64,000 bases of DNA from Tannerellaceae bacterium (GTDB taxonomy: Bacteria; Bacteroidota; Bacteroidia; Bacteroidales; CAMTPD01): contig JBOFPV010000040.1 in NCBI GenBank assembly GCA_051660585.1, forward strand, positions 128,841 through 192,840, written 5' to 3'. Position 1 is the first letter of the stretch. Every line of letters starts with the position of its first letter. The notes under the pieces were generated by a model. That model ran no database searches, was not told the origin of the DNA, and saw only the letters and a program-made list of their open reading frames with translations. The position numbers and the translations under genes were made by a program. Positions 58,643 through 64,000 of this stretch are shown in pieces.

Positions 58643-59911
58643 TTACTTATCTCTAACCTGCCCGTTGCCAATCACTTTATATTTGTACGAGGTCAGTTCT
58701 TCCAACCCCATTGGACCGCGCGCGTGTAGTTTTTGTGTGCTAATTCCAATTTCGGCGCCCAGACCAAACTGAGCCCCATCGGTAAATGCCGTCGAAGTAT
58801 TGTGATATACACAAGCAGCATCCACCAAGTTTAGGAACAACGCAGCCATTTCCTCATTTTCGGTTACGATGGCCTCGCTGTGCTTCGAGCTATATTGTGC
58901 GATATGTTCCAACGCCTGCTCTACAGACTGCACCGTCTTTATACTCATCTTGTAGTCGAGAAACTCTGTTCCGTAACTCGAAGGAGTCGCTTCGCAAAGC
59001 AAATCGTCAGGATAAGAACCTTTGAGGGCGTCGTATGCCGGCTTATCGGCAAAAATAACAACATTATGCTCCATAAGCAAGCCACAAATATAAGGTAAAT
59101 CATCGACTCTCGATGTGTGAATCACCAAACAATCCAACGCATTGCAAACACTCACCCTGCGCGTCTTGGCATTATTCACAATTTCGCGACCTTTCGCTTT
59201 GTCGCCATACTGATCAAAGTAGGTATGACAAATGCCCGCGCCCGTTTCAATCACCGGAACCTTGGCATTGTCGCGCACAAAATTGATCAGCGACTGACTG
59301 CCGCGCGGAATCACCAAATCCACTTTGCCCACCGCATTGAGCAGTGCGGCCGTAGCCTCACGATCGGCCGGAAGCAAGGTGCATACCTCTGCCGGAAGAT
59401 TGTGCTTTTGGAGTACTTCGCGGATGATCGAAACAATCGCAATGTTTGAAAACTCCGCGTCGCTACCCCCTTTGAGCACGCAAGCATTGCCCGACTTGAG
59501 GCAAAGTGCAAACACGTCGAAACTCACATTGGGGCGAGCTTCGTATATGATACCGATTACCCCGAAAGGAACAGAAACCTTTTGAATCATCAGGCCGTTG
59601 GGGCGAACCGTTTCTTTCAAGATATGACCCAGCGGAGAGGGTAGGAGCGCCACGTTGCGCATGTCGGCAGCAATCGCCTTGATGCGCGCTTCGTTCAGCA
59701 GCAAGCGGTCGTAACGCGGATCCGCCTTGTCCATGCGGTCGAGGTCTTTTTTATTCGCTTCGACGAGAAACGGAATCGCAGCTTCGGCCGCGTCGGCTAC
59801 ATCATTCAAGATCGTATTGATCGCCTTTTGCCCCACGGTAAGCAGTGCCGTCGAAGCCTTGCGAGCCCGATCAAGCATCGCATCTACCGTCATCAAATCA
59901 GAATCTTTCAT
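58643..59911 (-). CDS. proA: Glutamate-5-semialdehyde dehydrogenase (gamma-glutamyl phosphate reductase).
   Basis: 422-aa ORF with aldehyde dehydrogenase-fold ProA sequence. Confidence 0.9.
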   Translation of the reverse strand: MKDSDLMTVDAMLDRARKASTALLTVGQKAINTILNDVADAAEAAIPFLVEANKKDLDRMDKADPRYDRLLLNEARIKAIAADMRNVALLPSPLGHILKETVRPNGLMIQKVSVPFGVIGIIYEARPNVSFDVFALCLKSGNACVLKGGSDAEFSNIAIVSIIREVLQKHNLPAEVCTLLPADREATAALLNAVGKVDLVIPRGSQSLINFVRDNAKVPVIETGAGICHTYFDQYGDKAKGREIVNNAKTRRVSVCNALDCLVIHTSRVDDLPYICGLLMEHNVVIFADKPAYDALKGSYPDDLLCEATPSSYGTEFLDYKMSIKTVQSVEQALEHIAQYSSKHSEAIVTENEEMAALFLNLVDAACVYHNTSTAFTDGAQFGLGAEIGISTQKLHARGPMGLEELTSYKYKVIGNGQVRDK

Positions 59912-59925
59912 CGTCCTTTTCGTAT

Positions 59926-61005
59926 TTAATCGATGTATAAATAATCGTAGTGAATAAATGGTTTGGTTTCTTTGGCACCGATCAGTTTGCGCGCCTTTTC
60001 GCTGTCGAAAGCCGAGCGGCCCACGCCAATCTGTTCGCCCTCTGCCGTGATAATCTTCACGATATCGTCCTTTTCAAAATCACCTATGATCTGTTCGATA
60101 CCCACAAAAAGCAAACTCGTAGCCTGCGGCATCAGCATCGCTTCTTTGGCACCGGCATTGATATGCACTTCGCCTTTGGCAAAACTCTCAGAGTGTGCAA
60201 TCCACTTTTTGATGTTCGAGGCAGGCTTTTCGGAAGGAAGGAAATGGGTAAATGTAGGCTTGTTTTCGCCCAGAATGATGTCGGTAAGAATGTTGTCCTT
60301 TTTGCCGTTTGCCACAATCACGCTCACCCCTTCGCCGGCCACCTTGCATGCAATATTGCACTTGGTAAGCATACCGCCGCGGCCAAACTCCGATTTGCCC
60401 GATTGTACGTATTTAGAAACATCCTTGCCATTCTTGATCTCGGTAATCACATGCGAAGACGGATCTTTGGGATCGCCGTTGTAAATACCGTCGACGTTGC
60501 TTAAGATCACAAGCGCATCCATGCCCATCATCGCGGCAATAAGGCCCGAAAGTTCGTCGTTGTCGGTAAACATCAGCTCCGTTACCGATATGGTATCGTT
60601 TTCATTCACGATAGGAATCACCCCGTTTTCAAGCATCACTTCCATGCAATGCTTTTGGTTGAGGTAGTGCTGGCGCGTACCGAAACTCTCCTTCGTGGTA
60701 AGCACCTGTCCGCAAGTGATGCCATATTCACGGAACAACTCATAGTAGCGGTTGATCAGCTTGGCCTGACCCACGGCCGAAAACAACTGACGAGCCGAAA
60801 CCGAATCCAGTTTCTTCGTCGTTTTCACCTCGCTTCGTCCCGAGGCAACCGCCCCCGAAGAGATGAGTACGATGTCGATACCCGCATTGCGCAACGTAGC
60901 CACCTGATCGGTAAGAGCCGACATGCGCGTAATGTCGAGCGAGCCATCTTTTCGTGTAAGTACATTGCTGCCTATCTTTACAGCAATACGTTTAAAGCGA
61001 TTCAT
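59926..61005 (-). CDS. proB: Glutamate 5-kinase with a PUA domain.
   Basis: 359-aa ORF with the N-terminal [13 protein letters not shown] motif and a C-terminal PUA-like region. Confidence 0.9.
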   Translation of the reverse strand: MNRFKRIAVKIGSNVLTRKDGSLDITRMSALTDQVATLRNAGIDIVLISSGAVASGRSEVKTTKKLDSVSARQLFSAVGQAKLINRYYELFREYGITCGQVLTTKESFGTRQHYLNQKHCMEVMLENGVIPIVNENDTISVTELMFTDNDELSGLIAAMMGMDALVILSNVDGIYNGDPKDPSSHVITEIKNGKDVSKYVQSGKSEFGRGGMLTKCNIACKVAGEGVSVIVANGKKDNILTDIILGENKPTFTHFLPSEKPASNIKKWIAHSESFAKGEVHINAGAKEAMLMPQATSLLFVGIEQIIGDFEKDDIVKIITAEGEQIGVGRSAFDSEKARKLIGAKETKPFIHYDYLYID

Positions 61006-61092
61006 AGTGTTTATATATAATATCGTGTCATTCGCGTGCCTTATTACTCAATGGGGCACACAGTGGTTATACCCAAGGGGCTTTATTACCCC

Positions 61093-61150
61093 AAAAAAAG
61101 AAGCGGCTTTTCGTACAAAGAGAGACTCCCTTTTCCGAAAAACCGCTTAC
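61093..61150 (-). terminator. Long composite hairpin plus U7 after the acyl-CoA synthetase gene.
   Basis: The outer stem gaagcggcttttcg/cgaaaaaccgcttac has 1 wobble pair and encloses an inner stem. An A7 run at 61093-61099 on the plus strand gives the U-tract on the minus strand. Confidence 0.7.
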
Positions 61151-61213
61151 TATTTAAATTGTTCTATAATTCGTAAGTCGACCGTATAAGCATTTGACAA
61201 AGTCTGTTGCCGA

Positions 61214-62872
61214 TTATTCCTGCTTATGATTGTTCCGGATCTCTACTCTCCTAATTTTTCCGCTGATCGTTTTCGGGAGTTCGGGCACGAACTCTACGAT
61301 ACGGGGGTACTTATAGGGAGCCGTAACCGTTTTCACATGGTGTTGGATCTCTTTAATCAAGTCTTCATCAGCACGATGCTTGTAGTCATGAGCCAATACA
61401 ATAGTAGCCTTTACCACCTGTCCGCGAATTTCATCGGGCACACCGGTAATAGCACACTCTACCACGGCAGGGTGTGTCATCAACGCACTTTCCACTTCAA
61501 AGGGGCCAATGCGGTATCCTGAACTCTTTATTACATCGTCGGCTCTTCCCACAAACCAAAAGTAGCCATCTTCATCTTTCCATGCAACATCTCCGGTATA
61601 ATAAACGTTATCGTGCCAAGCCTCGTGTGTAAGTTCGGCATTGCGATAATACTCTTTAAACAAACCAAGTGGTTTCTTTTTGTCGGTACGGATGATGATT
61701 TGTCCCTGTTCGCCCGCTTCCACGCTACGCCCGTCGGGAGCCACAAGGTCCACGTCGTATTGCGGATTCGGAATACCCATCGAACCCGGCTTAGGCTCGG
61801 TCCAAGGATAAGTTGCAATGGTAAGCGTAGTCTCCGTTTGGCCAAAACCTTCTTTCAGTTTAATGCCTGTGAGACGGTAAAACTCTTCATACACCTTCGG
61901 ATTCAAAGCCTCGCCCGCAATGGTGCAATACTTCAGCGAAGAGATGTTGAAACGCGTCAGATCTTCGCGAATTAGGAAACGGAATACCGTAGGAGGCGCG
62001 CAGAAGGAAGTGATGTTATATTTTTCGATCATCTCCAACACGTCGGCCGGTGCAAACTTGTCAAAGTCGTACACAAACACAGCCGCGCCCGCAATCCACT
62101 GTCCGTATAGTTTTCCCCATACCGCTTTCCCCCAACCGGTATCGGCTAGTGTAAGGTGCAACGAGTCTTCGTGCAGGTTGTGCCAGTACGAAGCCGTCAC
62201 GATATGCCCCAACGGATAGGTAAAATCGTGCGCTACCATTTTCGGATTTCCGGTAGTACCCGAGGTGAAATATAATAAGGAAATATCGTCGTTTACGTTA
62301 GGAAGTTCAGGCTTAACAAACGGTGCAGCCGCAGCCGTTTCGAGGTGATAGTCGAGCCATCCTTCAGGCACGACCGGCCCGATCGATACTACACTTTCAA
62401 GTGCTTTGCTATCGGCAATCGCGTCGCTTACATGCTTCAGTACCTCATCTTCGCCTACACAAACAATCATCTTTATATCAGCAGCATTGTTTCTGTACAC
62501 GATATCTTTCTTGGTAAGCAGGTGAGTAGCCGGAATCACAACGGCACCTATCTTGTGCAGTGCAATAATGGAAAACCAGAATTCATATCTACGTTTCAGA
62601 ATAAGCATTACCATATCGCCACGTCCAATACCTTTCGACTGAAAAAAAGAGGCGGCTTTGTCGCTTTCGCGCTTAATATCGGCAAATGTAAAGTTGATAT
62701 GTTCTCCCTGATCGTTGGTCCAGCAAAGCGCCACCTTGTCCGGTGCCTGCTCGGCCCATTTGTCTACTACGTCGTAAGCAAAGTTAAAGTTTTCGGGCAC
62801 GCGAATTTCGAGGTTTTCGATAAAGTCACGCTGGTCCTTAAAAGTAGTTTGCTTTAAAAATTGTTCGACCAT
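61214..62872 (-). CDS. AMP-forming acyl-CoA synthetase (medium-chain / AcsM-like ANL superfamily).
   Basis: 552-aa ORF with the AMP-binding motif YFTSGTTGNPK and a C-terminal ISGKIRR. Confidence 0.88.
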   Translation of the reverse strand: MVEQFLKQTTFKDQRDFIENLEIRVPENFNFAYDVVDKWAEQAPDKVALCWTNDQGEHINFTFADIKRESDKAASFFQSKGIGRGDMVMLILKRRYEFWFSIIALHKIGAVVIPATHLLTKKDIVYRNNAADIKMIVCVGEDEVLKHVSDAIADSKALESVVSIGPVVPEGWLDYHLETAAAAPFVKPELPNVNDDISLLYFTSGTTGNPKMVAHDFTYPLGHIVTASYWHNLHEDSLHLTLADTGWGKAVWGKLYGQWIAGAAVFVYDFDKFAPADVLEMIEKYNITSFCAPPTVFRFLIREDLTRFNISSLKYCTIAGEALNPKVYEEFYRLTGIKLKEGFGQTETTLTIATYPWTEPKPGSMGIPNPQYDVDLVAPDGRSVEAGEQGQIIIRTDKKKPLGLFKEYYRNAELTHEAWHDNVYYTGDVAWKDEDGYFWFVGRADDVIKSSGYRIGPFEVESALMTHPAVVECAITGVPDEIRGQVVKATIVLAHDYKHRADEDLIKEIQHHVKTVTAPYKYPRIVEFVPELPKTISGKIRRVEIRNNHKQE

Positions 62873-62893
62873 TTCTGTTTTTCTTTTAAAAGA

Positions 62894-63442
62894 TTAGATG
62901 ATTACTGCCAAGAATTTCACTTCCGTATCGTTAAGAGCTTTCATTCCGTGAGGCAGATTGGCATTGAAGTAGATGCTATCTCCTTCGTTCAATATGATTT
63001 CTTTACCATTTATCTCAAGCAACATAGTACCGGAAAGCACAAGATTAAACTCCTGTCCAGCATGATTGTTTAAAAAGATCGGAGCATCCGATGGCTGTAC
63101 CGTTACAACAAACGGATCGGCATTTCGGTTTGCAAAACCCGCAGCGAGCGACTGATATTTATACGCCTTCACGCGTTCTACAGCCAGTCCCTGACCTTTG
63201 CGGGTAACGAAGAAGGAGCTCATCTTGGGCTCGTCTCCAAACATGAGCGTAGTAAGCTCCACGCCATATGTCTTTGCCAATTGATGCAGCAAACTTACAG
63301 ATATATCACAACATCCCGACTCGATTTGCTGAAAATCTTTCAACGGAATGTTACAAGCATACGCAACTTGCACCTGCGACAAATCAAGCGCCTCGCGCAA
63401 ACCCTTGATGCGCTCCGCAATTTGTTTTATTTCTTCATTCAT
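62894..63442 (-). CDS. XRE-family HTH regulator with a C-terminal cupin sensor domain.
   Basis: 182-aa ORF with an N-terminal HTH (IKGLREALDLSQVQVAYACNIP) and a cupin domain (GQEFNLVLSGTM...GDSIYFNANLPHG). Confidence 0.88.
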   Translation of the reverse strand: MNEEIKQIAERIKGLREALDLSQVQVAYACNIPLKDFQQIESGCCDISVSLLHQLAKTYGVELTTLMFGDEPKMSSFFVTRKGQGLAVERVKAYKYQSLAAGFANRNADPFVVTVQPSDAPIFLNNHAGQEFNLVLSGTMLLEINGKEIILNEGDSIYFNANLPHGMKALNDTEVKFLAVII

Positions 63443-63492
63443 GGTGTATCTATCTTCAATTATGGAGTATGGTCCTTTCTAAGGGATCTTTA

Positions 63493-63512
63493 CAAATGTA
63501 TAAATTTATACA
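63493..63512 (-). promoter_or_regulatory. -7 box (TACATTTG on the minus strand) overlapping a perfect 16-bp palindrome, TGTATAAATTTATACA. This is the probable autoregulatory operator of the XRE-cupin operon.
   Basis: The -7 box lies at 63493-63500 and the palindrome at 63497-63512, about 50 nt upstream of the ATG. Confidence 0.55.
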
Positions 63513-64000
63513 AGAAAGCACTCTTTTTGACTGAAATAAATCCAAGAAACCTATCTTTTTTTCATCGATACCCAAATCACTTTAGCAAAGTGAGCAAACC
63601 TGTAAAAGTATACTTTGAGCCTGCCAGAGCCGTATTAAAACCCTGATGAAGCTGAATTAAAACCCTGACCGCCCACCACTTATTGTATAATTTAGATAGA
63701 AGTTGTTTGCGGTGTCCCATGGGCAACTTACCCCGATATTGCCGGTACAGCCCCGCATCACCACCGTTATTTGCACCCAACCCCACCATTATAGGCTTAT
63801 AATATCCTGGTTTGACCAAAATCTCAACAAAATAAAAAGCAACCATTTGTCACCATAAGCACCCCTGTGTCTTACAAGCCTTGCAACTTGCAAACGAAGA
63901 CCCTCCAAACGAACTAGCAAAAAAACAGCCACAACCTGTACGAGCTTTCACTTTGCAGCGGCCAACTCCTCCACACTGCCATCGTGCAAACACCCCGCAC

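Noticed and set aside
63577-63846. 89-aa ORF (-) near the right end of the window.
   Set aside because: It has no recognisable family and lies in the skewed GT/CA-rich tract with no promoter or terminator context. The evidence is insufficient.

Overview
This window looks like a Bacteroidota (Bacteroidales-type) chromosomal segment. The evidence is three SusC/SusD pairs, TAnnTTTG-type -7 promoter boxes, an N-succinylornithine-type argF', and the Bacteroidetes gene order rpsU-xerC-hpf-tRNAs-tuf-tRNATrp-secE-nusG-rplKAJL-rpoBC. From left to right the window contains the following. (1) A non-coding leader region with short-period tandem repeats (1-646). (2) An MFP-RND-OMF efflux operon on the minus strand. 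(3) A roughly 25-kb polysaccharide-utilisation-like region. It holds an 813-aa orphan lipoprotein, a TlpA-like lipoprotein, two adjacent SusC/SusD cassettes with shared flanks, a beta-barrel OMP plus a GH3 enzyme, a signal-peptide nitroreductase, and a third SusC/SusD pair. (4) Miscellaneous genes: a metallophosphoesterase, a DUF1622 protein, an acyltransferase-3, an EFR1-type ferredoxin, a truncated helicase-like fragment, a CBM9-like lipoprotein, a gamma-carbonic anhydrase and an aminopeptidase P. (5) The translation/transcription core cluster with 5 tRNAs. (6) EEP-phosphatase and AraC genes, a candidate sRNA or leader, and a DUF3467 gene. (7) A proB-proA-argF' operon and an XRE-cupin plus acyl-CoA synthetase operon. 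I found no CRISPR array, transposase, prophage or recognisable defence system. The most unusual signals are structural. They are the cassette-like duplicated flanks around the two SusC/SusD pairs, a terminator-bracketed 34-aa hydrophobic mini-ORF with a decayed paralog, the 22/23-bp tandem palindromic arrays, C-depleted GT-rich intergenic tracts, and an orphan promoter-to-terminator unit. All functional calls rest on visual recognition of protein families, since no searches could be run.
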